A stretch of DNA of 63,344 bases, filler included, from Octopus bimaculoides (taxonomy: Eukaryota), in the NCBI RefSeq assembly GCF_001194135.2. It is 4 parts of 4 records of this genome, joined end to end, with 100 filler letters (N's around TTAATTAATTAA, not from the genome) between each part and the next. Parts side by side here need not be neighbours in the genome. Positions count along the whole stretch, not along the records: positions 1 to 22,341 come from NC_068985.1; 3 more parts are not named here. The stretch is one strand, 5' to 3'. A program made the position numbers and the translations under genes. Of the stretch, positions 1 to 12,080 are shown in pieces. The stretch's first letter is position 1, and every line of letters starts with the position of its first letter. A model generated the notes under the pieces. That model did not search any database. It was not told where the DNA came from and saw nothing but the letters and a program-made list of their open reading frames with translations.

Positions 1-75
1 GTGGCTATTTTATAATAGTTTTCTAGCTGTATAAGACCCCTGCCACCTTCTGTGCGTTGTATATATATAGCATAT

Positions 76-89
76 TATTATTATTATTA

Positions 90-124
<35 letters not shown>
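76..124. repeat. (ATT)n microsatellite
   Basis: Direct tandem ATT run; source of the poly-Ile ORF 10..213. Confidence 0.9.
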
Positions 125-125
<1 letters not shown>

Positions 126-699
126 GATATAGGTATAGAGAAGAGTTTTTACTTGTATTCGATTGACACAATCCATCACTAAGGTAAACATAGCTGACGT
201 AATCCATCACCAAGGCAAACTTAATGACGAAAAGCGCGATTCGAAAGTAACAGATATTTATTTGTAGCTGAACTATATTTCGGCATCTCGTGTACCTTCC
301 ACAGGTTCAAAATAAACATGTCAGTCTAATTCATTTTTTAAGTTTATATAGGACTGAAGTAACTCAACAGAAGTTATATAGATATAGGTATAGAGAAGTT
401 GTTGTGGTTGTTATTGTCGTTGTTCTTGTTGTCCCAGCTGTAGCCACCTCGTCTTTCTCTAGAACATTGGACATTATCTGTTGTGTGTGTCTTCAGATTG
501 TAGTACATAGATACGAGGTTAAGAGAGGTCCATACAGGAGCTAACTCACTGAAATGCTGGTGCATGCTTTTGAGCCGTTATACTCTATGAAAGTCCACAT
601 TTGCAAAAGCAAAAAAAAACACCCGGGCTTTGGTGGAGGTGACAATTGAATGCTTCCATTCTTTTTCTATTTTTGAATTTCTGACTCTCGCTCTTTATC

Positions 700-771
700 T
701 TCTCTTTCACACACACTCTCTCTCTATCTCTCGTTCTCTCCCAACTCTCTCTCTATCTCTCGTTCTCTCCC

Positions 772-828
<57 letters not shown>

Positions 829-1241
829 CTCTCTCCCCCACGTCTATCATTTCTTACTTCTCTCCTTCGCCCTTTTTTCTTTTTCATTATTCTGCCATAC
901 CTTGTTTTCTGACTTTGATATTTTTATCTGTCTTTTCCTTTCTTTTCCTTATTCTCTCTCTCTATCTTTTTTTTTTTTTCGCTTTTTCACTTTTCCTTTA
1001 GTTATTTCACAATCCTCTCTTTTTTATTCCTTTCGTCTCACCTTTATTTTTATTTTTTTGTCAGATTACTGTGTTCTTTGTTTTCTTTTTATCATTATTC
1101 TAAATCTCCTCCTTCCTCTTTTTCTCTCTCTCTCTCTCTCTTCCTCCATTTCTCTCTCTCCCTCTCTTCCTCACAGTTTCCTCCACTTTTATTTCTACAT
1201 TTTACTCTATTTCTCAATCGTAATCGCTCTCTTTCTCTCTC

Positions 1242-1293
<52 letters not shown>
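700..1293. repeat. CT-rich low-complexity tract with (CT)n runs, ending in an assembly gap
   Basis: (CT)n at about 775-822 and 1247-1293, pyrimidine-rich sequence between; N-gap follows. Confidence 0.9.
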
Positions 1294-1810
1294 NNNNNNN
1301 NNNNNNNNNNNNNNNNNNNNNNNNNNNNNNNNNNNNNNNNNNNNNNNNNNNNNNNNNNNNNNNNNNNNNNNNNNNNNNNNNNNNNNNNNNNNNNNNNNNN
1401 NNNNNNNNNNNNNNNNNNNNNNNNNNNNNNNNNNNNNNNNNNNNNNNNNNNNNNNNNNNNNNNNNNNNNNNNNNNNNNNNNNNNNNNNNNNNNNNNNNNN
1501 NNNNNNNNNNNNNNNNNNNNNNNNNNNNNNNNNNNNNNNNNNNNNNNNNNNNNNNNNNNNNNNNNNNNNNNNNNNNNNNNNNNNNNNNNNNNNNNNNNNN
1601 NNNNNNNNNNNNNNNNNNNNNNNNNNNNNNNNNNNNNNNNNNNNNNNNNNNNNNNNNNNNNNNNNNNNNNNNNNNNNNNNNNNNNNNNNNNNNNNNNNNN
1701 NNNNNNNNNNNNNNNNNNNNNNNNNNNNNNNNNNNNNNNNNNNNNNNNNNNNNNNNNNNNNNNNNNNNNNNNNNNNNNNNNNNNNNNNNNNNNNNNNNNN
1801 NNNNNNNNNN

Positions 1811-1940
1811 CACGTGGTTCTGGGTTCAGTCCCAATGCGTGGTACCTTGGACAAGTGTCTTCTACTATAGCCTCGGGCCGACCAAAGCCTTGTGAGTGGA
1901 TTTGGTAGACGGAAACTGAAAGAAGCCTGTCGTATATATG

Positions 1941-1975
<35 letters not shown>

Positions 1976-2128
1976 ATGTCTGTGTTTGTCCCCCCAACAT
2001 CACTTGACAACCCGGTAGAATAAGTACTGGGCTTACAAAGAATAAGTCCTGGGGTCGATTTGCTCGACTAAAGGCGGTGCTCCAGCATGGCCACAGTCAA
2101 ATGACTGAAACAAGTAAAAGAGTAAAGA
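1811..2128 (+). mobile_element. tRNA-derived SINE, family A (internal TA/TG microsatellite); 5' end lost in gap
   Basis: GGTTC.GGGTTCAGTCCC..GCGTGG.ACCTTGG..AAGTGTCTTCTACTATAGCCTCGGGCCGACCAAAG body and GGTGCTCCAGCATGGCC.CAGTCAAATGACTGAAACAAGTAAAAGAG tail recur many times in this window (e.g. 17741, 41670, 42012). Confidence 0.85.
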
Positions 2129-2380
2129 GAACTGTCTCTATGGTACCTCGCATCACTTTCCCTCATAACCGTTTTGGCAACAGTCAAACTGGTTTCTGTC
2201 ATACTGTGTTCTTATTTACAGAAGCGGATGAAAAATTTCTGATGGCAAAATATACGACATCGTATCTAGATTATTCATTTTATTCATATCTCTTCAGTTA
2301 GGCCATACCTAGCTTACTGCCATTTGTATAATCGTTAGAGAACATCTGTATAACTGTTAAATAATTGAAAGTTTTAAAAA

Positions 2381-2509
2381 TGGCGTGGTTTTGTGGTTAA
2401 GAAGCTTGCTTTCCAACAACATGGTTCCGGGTTCAGTTCCAAGTGTCTCGGGCCGACCAATGCCTTTTGTGTGGATTTGGTAGACGAAAACTAAAAGAAG
2501 CCCGTCGTA

Positions 2510-2550
<41 letters not shown>
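2381..2550 (+). mobile_element. SINE family A, 5' half with internal deletion, ending in (TA)n
   Basis: Matches the family A head (GTGGTTAAGAAGCTTGCTTTCCAAC..CATGGTTCCGGGTTCAG) and GGATTTGGTAGACG..AACT.AAAGAAGCCCGTCGTATATA. Confidence 0.8.
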
Positions 2551-2645
2551 TAGAAGGTTTGGAGGTGATGTACAGTAATTATATATTAGAAAAAATAATA
2601 AGGTACTCAGATATCTGGATGGTTGTACATTTACAAATTTTTATT

Positions 2646-2759
2646 AATACGTTACATGTTTTTATAAATTAGCGCTTGCATCTATTCTAGTAGATTAAAA
2701 ATCTGGAGAATCTACTAGAATAGATGCAAGCGTTAATTTATAAAAACATGTGACATATT
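2646..2759. other. Near-perfect inverted repeat (51-bp arms, 12-nt loop)
   Basis: 2646-2696 is the reverse complement of 2709-2759 with 3 differences, two of which would be G-U pairs in RNA; the right arm runs into the gap at 2760. Confidence 0.9.
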
Positions 2760-3324
2760 NNNNNNNNNNNNNNNNNNNNNNNNNNNNNNNNNNNNNNNNN
2801 NNNNNNNNNNNNNNNNNNNNNNNNNNNNNNNNNNNNNNNNNNNNNNNNNNNNNNNNNNNNNNNNNNNNNNNNNNNNNNNNNNNNNNNNNNNNNNNNNNNN
2901 NNNNNNNNNNNNNNNNNNNNNNNNNNNNNNNNNNNNNNNNNNNNNNNNNNNNNNNNNNNNNNNNNNNNNNNNNNNNNNNNNNNNNNNNNNNNNNNNNNNN
3001 NNNNNNNNNNNNNNNNNNNNNNNNNNNNNNNNNNNNNNNNNNNNNNNNNNNNNNNNNNNNNNNNNNNNNNNNNNNNNNNNNNNNNNNNNNNNNNNNNNNN
3101 NNNNTAGACGTATGGCTATGAAGAGTTCACTTCGCAATTAAAGTTTACGGTTTTGGATTCGATCTTACTTGGCAGCGCCTTGTGAAAAAGTCTTTAACCA
3201 TTGCTTCGTGTTGATCAAAGCTTTGAGAGTGGAATTTGATAGGCAGAAACTATGCTGATGCCCGTCGTGGGGCGATCCCGATTATCCGGATCAACACCAC
3301 CATTTATTTCATATGTACTCTTGA

Positions 3325-3546
3325 CGGAGTGTGGAAGCACGTGGCTTAATTGTTTGGGATGTTGGACTCATGCTTTTAAGATTGTGTTTTCGATTCCTGG
3401 ACCGGGCGACGCGTTATGTTCTTGAGCAAAACACTTCATTTCACGTCGTTCCAGTCCACTCAGCTGGCAAAAATGTGTAATCCTGCGACGGAAACCAGGA
3501 AACTGGCTCTATGAGCCTATATGACTCGGGAAGGAATTTTACTTTT
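3325..3546 (+). mobile_element. tRNA-derived SINE, family C
   Basis: tRNA-like head with A-box-like GTGGCTTAATTG and B-box-like GTTTTCGATTCC, followed by CTTGAGCAAAACACTTCATTTCACG core and GAAACCAGGAAACTGGC tail. Confidence 0.7.
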
Positions 3547-3766
3547 TGTTGGGGTGCACTCTGTTTGCAAGCATTCAGACTAGACCATCAGTCTGGGAAC
3601 AGCTTCTTCCCCTTTCTTTGACTCGTCTTGAAGAGCCGAGAAAACGACATGGATGATGTCTTTCTTACTCTAAGTAGTGTAGTAATCGTAATAAAGATGT
3701 TACATTGGAATCATCACGAGGCCAAGTTGGAAATTGTATTGTTCCTTTATCTCAGTTCTGTGAGTA

Positions 3767-4000
3767 CGAGGTCTGATCAAAAAGTATTGGAAATGTTGCT
3801 ATGGTAACGGAACTAAAGAATGCAGAGTGAAGCCGCTTTGGCATAGATTACCCTTATACTCTGTCGCGCATGCACACTTAGTTGTAACGTTCTCGTTCAC
3901 TTCCGTTGTTTATGGCAGTGCTTGGAAGTAAAGTGTGTAGGGTGTAGTCGCCACACCACACCACCGAGGTTCCATCAATGACCATGGTAGAGAAAATGTA

Positions 4001-4066
<66 letters not shown>

Positions 4067-4395
4067 CACGCACGCGCGCAAGCATGCGTGCCTGCGTGGA
4101 AAGAGACACAGCTTGAAGGCTATTCCGGCCAAGAATCTTTCCAAAAATCAAATCCCATTTGAAAAGAACAAGATTTCAAGACGTTCAGGAAATCCATGAG
4201 AATGTGACGAGGCAGCTGCTCGCTATCACAAAAAAAACGGAGTTCCAGGAATGTTTCCCTCAATGGAAGCAACGCTAGATTAAGTGCGTGGCTTTAGAAG
4301 CGGACTACTTGAAAGGAGATTAAATGCCGAATTGAGATGTGTTGTAGTTTTTCTTTTTATAGCACTAGTCCCGATTCTTTTTCATCATGGCCTCA
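3767..4395 (+). mobile_element. Internally deleted Tc1/mariner element
   Basis: TA at 3765-3766 and 4396-4397; degenerate TIRs (CGAGGTCTGATCAAAAAG vs reverse complement TGAGGCCATGATGAAAAAG); transposase C-terminus retained; (GT)n at the deletion junction. Confidence 0.8.
4138..4323 (+). pseudogene. Mariner transposase C-terminal fragment
   Basis: Manual translation FPKIKSHLKRTRFQDVQEIHENVTRQLLAITKK/EFQECFPQWKQR*IKCVALEADYLKGD* matches the mariner C-terminus (FPKLK..LKG.RF...W..RW.KCV...G.YFEGD); one frameshift and one stop. Confidence 0.85.
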
Positions 4396-4869
4396 TACTC
4401 CCGTGGTCGTTGTTCCGCCAAACCTCTTTCTCTCACACTTTCTCCTCAGTTATTATTTTTCTTTTTCTTTTTCTTTCCTGCCTTCTTCTTTTGTAATTCC
4501 CTTCATAAAACCAAATTTGAGGCCTAGTCTATCACTGGAAGCTTGCCGCCATATTGGCTGTGATTTCCAATAACAAGAACCTGAAAAGAGGAAATGTTTA
4601 ACGTTTTGAAATGGGATTTTAGTGTCTAATACAACAAATTAGAGCCAAATACATCTCTACGGGCTAGCCTTACATACTAAAAATAGGAGACAAATGTCCC
4701 TCAAATCGTACCTATCGTCTTAAAAAGTAAGGTTATAATAAATAATGCAACCGTAGGTACATTTTTTTCTGGAAATTAAATGGTGGTGTCATACCTTTAA
4801 CCGGAAACCGACATGTGAATAAACAACAACAATACAATGTTGAGTGAGTTTACTCACATGCACACATGC

Positions 4870-4900
<31 letters not shown>

Positions 4901-5359
4901 TGTATGTATGTATATATGTATGTATGTACGTATCTATCTATCTATATATATATATATATATTTCGGGAATAAATGATGGATTTTTTTCCCTTATGAGGTT
5001 TTTTTTCACGCTAGCTACTTGATAAATTCTTGTAAAAGAATTCGTCCTATTATTGAATTTATCTATCTATATATATATATGCATGTATGTGTGTGTGTGT
5101 ATGATATATATACATATATATGTTATAGTCAATCCAAACATGAACAAGCAAGAAAAAAACACGAAAAAACAACAACGCGAGGACGGGGAATAAGTACAGT
5201 GTTATTGGACGCTCAGGAAAGGAAAGAAAAGAAAGAGGATTTCACGTTTCGAGCGGAGCTCTTCATCAGAAATATAGGAAAAGTCCAAAGAAGGGAAGAC
5301 GGAGAAAGAAAATCGCCAACGATACACACGCGGTTGCATGTGATATATACATATGTATG

Positions 5360-5482
<123 letters not shown>

Positions 5483-7149
5483 TATAATTATATATATATA
5501 TAAATATGTATTTGTACATATGCACATACATGCAAACATGTATATATGTGTATGTGCGTATAATTTCTGTTGATTCGCCGAGAAGTGATGAATTGCGAAA
5601 CTCAGTGTGTAAATGTAGAACACTAAAGCTGAAAGTCTCGTAATTTCACGTTCCAGGCCTTCCTGTCGGTAATCCGATCCTGTTTTTCTCTTGAACTATT
5701 TGTTGTTTGAATATCTTTTGAACTATTACACAACAGTTATCATGAAAAAGCTTATCTTTATGTTTTATTTAAAAAAAAACAATCCGCAGGAATGAATTTG
5801 TAAATCAAATCTAGCCACGGTCAACTTTAATTTTCAACATCCTGACGTGAGGATGAAAACTTTGCCGTGGTTCTATGGCTTCTATCATAAGTGAGAGAGT
5901 TCGTGAGAAAGAGGAGTAAGAATTCTCAAGCTTCTCCGTTGTTGCTCGACCTACTAGAAGTAGCATCCAAAAGCCTCTTCGTATCATACAAATCTTAAAA
6001 TAGAAGGGAAGGACATATTGGATGACGATATCCGAGATACAAACAAAAAATAGACTAAATGGTCTTTGCAGCAATGTCTTATATGGTAAGTCTGTTTGAT
6101 TAGGGTTGTTCTTGAAGTAAATCACAAGAACAACAGCAGCAACAGCAGCAACAGCAGCAACAGCAGCATCAGCAACAACAACAACAGCAACACATCTAGG
6201 CCTTGTCTCTATGTAAAAATCCAATATGTATAGTACTGAAATAGAATTTTAAGGAGAAATATCTTCAAACGTTCACTTTAAAAAGTGATCTTTAATCATG
6301 TTTATAAAAAGACATTAGTAATTTTTTTAAAAAAACAACAAAATTAGCAGCAGAAGTATTTTGTTTTGTTTTTTTGTTTTTTGTTTTTTGTTTTTTTTTT
6401 TGTTTTTCATATATAAAAAAATAAGATCAATCCCATCTTACAACCAGCCACATGAAAATAAAATATGAACATCTAAAGAACATTGATCTGCTTTGGCTTC
6501 CGGTGAATAAATTATCATGATATTTTTTTTATCAAATAAGATTACACATCACGATATTGTATTAGGCAACCAAACATTAGGATTATCAAACCAAACATCA
6601 GCAAGATATTTGTAGAGACACTGGCGAAAACCATAGAACAATAGTTTATTCCAGTAGCAATCCAACGTTAAACTTCCTGTTGCAGCATTAACGGCAAACT
6701 TTCATTAACATTGATTTATTCTTTAGCCAATATCCCTGTTTCTTTCTCTACAGTTTCGAAAATCTTTAACCACCACCCACATTATCGACAATAGATTGAA
6801 AAAATCGCAACTTTATATAATTCCGAACCTTTCCGTCTTCCTATGATCTGATTTCAAACTTCACCGAAGTCGATTTTGATTTTCATACCTGTGGGGTTTA
6901 TAACAAGCCAGTTAAATGATAGGAATCATGATTGAATAAGGGCACTCTGAGAGCGCAAACCTCCGCCGAAGCAACACCAACGTCCTCTCAACGATTTGCC
7001 GGAGATGATTTTTTAAATGAGAATATCTGAAATAAACTCGATTGCTCTCACGAACGAGAATACTAAAAATGAACCAGACCGCTCTCAAAAATTAAATAAC
7101 AAAAATGGGAAAATAATCCAAAATCTTTGTCCGGTATCTGATCGATCCC

Positions 7150-7620
7150 AATGGTAGTCATGGAATTTGAAGGTGGATGTGCTGGCCGTGTTTGTAATGC
7201 TGTGTGTGTGTCGTCTGCAGTAGGCACAGGGACAGTTTTCTCTATGAAGGCCTTTTTTTTTAGTGTATCCACTGATATAGTATCTTTACGACCATTAAGG
7301 TCTATAGGGAAAAACTTATCCGTGCGTGAAAGAAAACGGAAGGGGCCTGCATATGGTGCTGTTAACGGAAGTTTAACAACATCATTGTGCACAGGGACAG
7401 TTTTCTCTATGAAGGCCTTTTTTTAGTGTATCCACTGATATAGTGTCTATGACCATTAGGGTCTATAGGGAAAAACTTATCCGTGCGTGAAAGAAAACGG
7501 AAGGGGCCTGCATACGGTGCTGTTAACGGAAGTTTAACAACATCATTGTGCACAGAAACGTGAATCCAAGAAGTAAAGCTTCCTTCAAGGCAGAGCTAGA
7601 ATTGCAATTGCTAAGTAGGT
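7150..7620 (-). mobile_element. Gypsy/Ty3 LTR retrotransposon integrase C-terminal fragment with internal tandem duplication
   Basis: HNDVVKLPLTAPYAGPFRFLSRTDKFFPIDLNGRKDTISVDTLK matches the Gypsy integrase GPY/F motif region; about 165 bp duplicated (7224-7388, 7389-7549). Confidence 0.85.
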
Positions 7621-8139
7621 AAGAGGTTTTAAATAGGAGCGATATATTCAAAATTGGTATAAAACAAAAAATTGTCGAGGATAAATTAAGTTTATTATTG
7701 TTACTGAATATGTTAGTGTTATTTAATTTCTGAACGGTTTTGCTGCTGTTTGTTTATGTTTCTACTAAGATAGAGATGCGAGTAAAATTAATAATAGAGA
7801 AACTTTGGAAACAGCAACGCCAGCATAGCTTACGTGGAAACCATGAGCGTGCTTTCAAGGGTGATAATCAGAGAAAGACTTGAAAGAACGTAAGATCGTA
7901 ATACTTCATGTAGAGTAAAATAAATATAACAAAAGATAATACAGAATCTTTATCCGGTACCAGATCGATTTCAAAATCTCGTCAGTTCGTGCCAGTCACG
8001 AAGTCAAACATCTCTGAAAGTTTCATCCGAACTGTTGGACGTAAACACACCAGCATCGGTTGTCAAGTGATATAGGGGGAACAAATACAGACACACTAAC
8101 ATATACATACATATATATATATAAATCAGGGTTAAAGCG

Positions 8140-9156
8140 TAAGGAGTAGGATGGAAAAAAGAAAGAGTTTACTTGTGCAAAAGCGATCATCTTTTATAAC
8201 AAATATGTTAGTGGAGTATATCGCTCTGATTAAATGGTAACACTGTATGAACTGGATCGAAAAAGTAGAAAATGGTGGACTAATGTGTTCTTCAGGCTTC
8301 TGATGACAGCTGTTTATAACAGCTGTTATTCACTTTGAAATTCACCATACGAAACCACCATCTATAAATTTCTTAATAAATGTAGCTGAATGTTTGATCG
8401 AGGCATGAAGGTCGAATTTTCCACAAAAGAGAATGAGATCTTTCGGACGGCCTTCTAAGACTTCAAAGTTGATTTAGAATGTAGGTGGTCATATGCCAGT
8501 AAAAAGAAAAGAGTCGCAGAAGATGTACTGGATGTACTTCGAGTAACAAAGAAAGGAGAACCCAATACATTTACCGGAAATGCAACATTCCTTTATGCAT
8601 TGACGAATGTTTTAAAGTATATCACACATAGCATGTGTTTATAAATCATGGTTGTTCTCGTAAATATTATTTGAGCAAAGGAATATATTCATTAGTTAGT
8701 ATGATATTAGAGAAAAAAAACCTATATAATTACATAATAATTATATGAGGAAAGAAGCTTGTTCATTATTTCATAAGTATTATTTGGAAAGGGTCATTAT
8801 ATATATTATATAATAAGTGTCATTAGAAAAAATTATTGTAATTTATAATAAATATTATATGAGAAAGCAATTGTAGCTTCATTTTGCGTTTGAAATAAAA
8901 CTAAGATTTATTTCATTTGTATTTCCGTAATTTTCCGAACTTGCTCAATGTGCATGTGAAATACTGTTGGGATAAGATAGTTCCAAGTATTTTTCATTTG
9001 AATACTATTGGGACATTTTTGTCCCACGTTCAAAAATCATATGTAGCGATAAAAAAAAGTTTAGATTTTAATTATGGCAGATAATGAAGGTCTAAAGAAG
9101 CGGAAAATGGAAAAAATGAAATAAAAACTGATTGTGTGAAAGTCGGAGCGAAAGGG
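8140..9156 (+). mobile_element. piggyBac 3' fragment (transposase C-terminus, 3' UTR, right TIR)
   Basis: 8159 onward reads KKEFTCAKAIIFYNKYVSGVYRSD*MVTLYELDRKSRKWWTNVFFRLLMTAVYNS (YN..MGGVD..D and KWW motifs); C-terminal Cys-rich RRRCTGC...RTQYIYRKCNIPLCIDECFKVYHT* ends at 8631; GAGCGAAAGGG|TTAA terminus at 9146-9160; palindrome TGGGACATTTTTGTCCCA near 9009. Confidence 0.85.
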
Positions 9157-10289
9157 TTAAGCCATAGCTGCCCACGTATTCTATCGACCTTTGTGATTCA
9201 GAAAACATTGGCTTTTCATATTTCATGGGAATCCTTTATTTTTACATTAAAGTAACACATTTAAACGGTTGTCTCCTTTACTGAATAAGACTTTATCATA
9301 ATATACAGATTTTATAATTTCAGATAACATTTATTTCTGATTCTCCTGAAATATTTAATTACCTTCCTTAAAGATCTTAATTCCAATCTCGATACGGCCT
9401 ATCGACTCCACGTTTTCTCAATCTGAGTTTGATTAAATAAATACCACTCAAATACTCGTATCGATATAATCGACTATACATACTCCTTTCCTCACGATTT
9501 ACCAATATTAGAAATCAATATTTCTGTCCGCATCCTTCTATTTTACCTCTTTGTCAATAACATAATGCTTAATTTATGAAACAACACTTATTTTTTCCGG
9601 TCGCCAGATACTTAGGCAGGCTTTTATTAAATCTTAATCGTTTAAAATTTAGAAAGAAGAGAAGGAGAAAAAGTTTTTAAAATTTTTGTTGTTCAATTTC
9701 TGTTTTTTCCTAGCGAGAAAAACTAATCTAAATTGTTTATTTGTCTTCATTATTTGTTTCACGTTATGTATTTATTTGTATATTTTTTATCTTCGCAAAT
9801 CAAATAATCTTTTTAAAAGCCTCCACCTCTCTCACCTAACAACTTTATTATTGCTTTAATGTTGCTTCATAGAAAAAATGACATTCAAAATCTCATAATG
9901 ACAGGTCATTCGAAACTAACAAAGCCAGCACACTTTTACGAACATTAGTTTTGTATTTGACACCTAATGTTTCACGTGACAAGAACCACCATTTTTAATT
10001 TCTATTTTTTTTCTTTTTTACTTTTCATTTTCTTTCTTATTCCATTACTTTATTAGTCTTGTACTAATAAATGATCCTGCAGCTCTCGTCTTCCTTACAG
10101 CCGATATCCTAAACCACTGCGATTGTTCTAGAAACAATTTGAAAGGAAAAGAAAACCCTCATTTAGATGCCATAAATTTCCTCTTTATCGTCTGAAGTTT
10201 CCAATATCACCAGATTTCAATCAATGCATGAGATATCATTAGATTTTATTGCTTCATTTGTCGTTGTTGTTGTCATCGTCGTTTTATTA

Positions 10290-10327
<38 letters not shown>

Positions 10328-10888
10328 TGTTATTGTTGATATTGTTGCTTTTGTTGTTGCTGCACTTGTTTAATCATGCCTTTTTTTAAGCTTATAATTT
10401 TAATCTTTAAAAACACGTTCTTTTCTCCATGCTCCTTTTACTTCTCATTCTCTCTCAATTTTTCAGTCTTTCAAACCCCCTCTTTCTCTCCTTCTCTCTC
10501 GACACTCACTTTTCCTTACTACTCTTCTCCCCCCCCTCCCCCCTCTCTCTCTCTCTCTTTCCTTCTCATTGTCTTTCTCAAGTTTATTACCGTATTGTTA
10601 ATTTTAAAGCACTATGACATAAAGTGGTTACTTGGCAATATTTATGTTTCAGCTATTTCAAAGCTTTGTGCGACTCAGTGTCTGAGTGCATATATGTATA
10701 GATGCGTATGGATATGTACCAGAGTGCATAAATGTTAACGTTGGTGTGTGTTTGGACGTTTATGTTTGTGAGTCAAAAAGTACGGTTAGTGCAAACGTAC
10801 CAATTGATGAAAACAGCGTTTGATAACCAATTTATAAAAATTAATTAAATTGTTTCAATATGTCAGTATGTGTGTGTGTGTGTATGTG

Positions 10889-10889
<1 letters not shown>

Positions 10890-10953
<64 letters not shown>

Positions 10954-10995
10954 GTACATATGAACATACACATACATACATACATACATACATAC
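10890..10995. repeat. (GATA)n followed by (CATA)n microsatellites
   Basis: Direct tandem runs. Confidence 0.9.
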
Positions 10996-11092
10996 ATACA
11001 CATATGTATGTATGCATTTCCATATGTATGTATATAATGTGTGTTTGCGTATATGTGTAAGTTTGTGTATGTAAGTATCAATAAAGTATAGG

Positions 11093-11123
<31 letters not shown>

Positions 11124-11200
11124 ATGTATGTTTACATACGTATATCTACCTATACGTAAATGTGTATGCGTATGTGTGTGTATATGTGTGTGTGTATACC

Positions 11201-11770
11201 ATTATTCAGTTTTATTTCAAGATTTCTTGCCAATAGAGAAAGAGCCGGTTTCTAACCTAGATCCATGGCTTCTTCATTGAAATTTCAACATCATCAACAA
11301 CAGAGTGTGAATGTATGTATGTATGTATGTATGTATTCGTGCAGATTTATATGTTTTGCTTTACGTATGTGTTCTTATGCAAATAGTTGCATATCTAGAC
11401 ATTTTCATATATACTTAAATAATAAACTTCTGATAAATTTTACAGATTTGTACAGTTCCAGCGAAGGCTTAGATCTGAAATCTTCGAATCAGCTTTTTCC
11501 TTTCTGGTTTTGAGAAGCCTAATTTTTCATGATTTTTATTCAGGCAGTGTTTTACATATCCCAAGATCTCAATAACGACGGGTCTAAACTTGAACTCGTA
11601 ATCTGGATAGAATAACTGCAGATTTCTTAATAGTTTAGCGTAGCTATTCTCTTTCCCACTGAACTTCAGCTTCATGGTAACATCCGCTGAACACCTGATT
11701 TCCACAACTGTACACAGTTTCTCTTTTCTGTTCCAAATCATAATATCAGGTCTTTTGTGTTTACATTTTA
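11201..11770 (-). mobile_element. R4/Dong-like non-LTR retrotransposon 3' end (restriction-like endonuclease plus 3' UTR)
   Basis: VKCKHKRPDIMIWNRKEKLCTVVEIRC...KENSYAKLLRNLQLFYPDY.F.FRPVVIE.LG: RPD...E...K RLE signature; the 3' UTR (11201-11450) recurs at 52031-52170. Confidence 0.85.
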
Positions 11771-12080
11771 TTGAGGTTTTCTCTGGGATATTCCACCAGT
11801 ACTCTTTTCAATTCGTTCGCCGATCCCACTCCTGAGATATATGGTCGTTATTTCGACGACTGTATCGGCGTCACATTACTTACCCAAGAGCAGACCACCT
11901 TCATCATTTTCCTTAACTTTTTTCTACATTCATTTGAATTCTCTCCCGCTAACCTTGACACCTCCATCAATTCCGTTTCTATTGACAACTCCCACATATC
12001 CACCATTCCTTTACATTCACAACAGGCCACACCTTTACCTCAGTTTATTGTCTTTCCACTCCACTCACACTAAGCCAGCC
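11771..12080 (+). mobile_element. Penelope-like element reverse transcriptase fragment
   Basis: YGRYFDDCIGVT...FIIFLNFF...FEFS...LDTSI..IDNSHIST resembles PLE RT motif C (RYxDD) and the downstream LxFLD thumb region; decayed. Confidence 0.65.

Noticed and set aside
6480-6900. Minus-strand WLPN-like motif and hydrophobic stretch suggesting a Cys-loop/chemotactile receptor relic
   Set aside because: The motif and the hydrophobic run are in different frames, there is no Cys-loop, and stops are frequent; consistent with chance.
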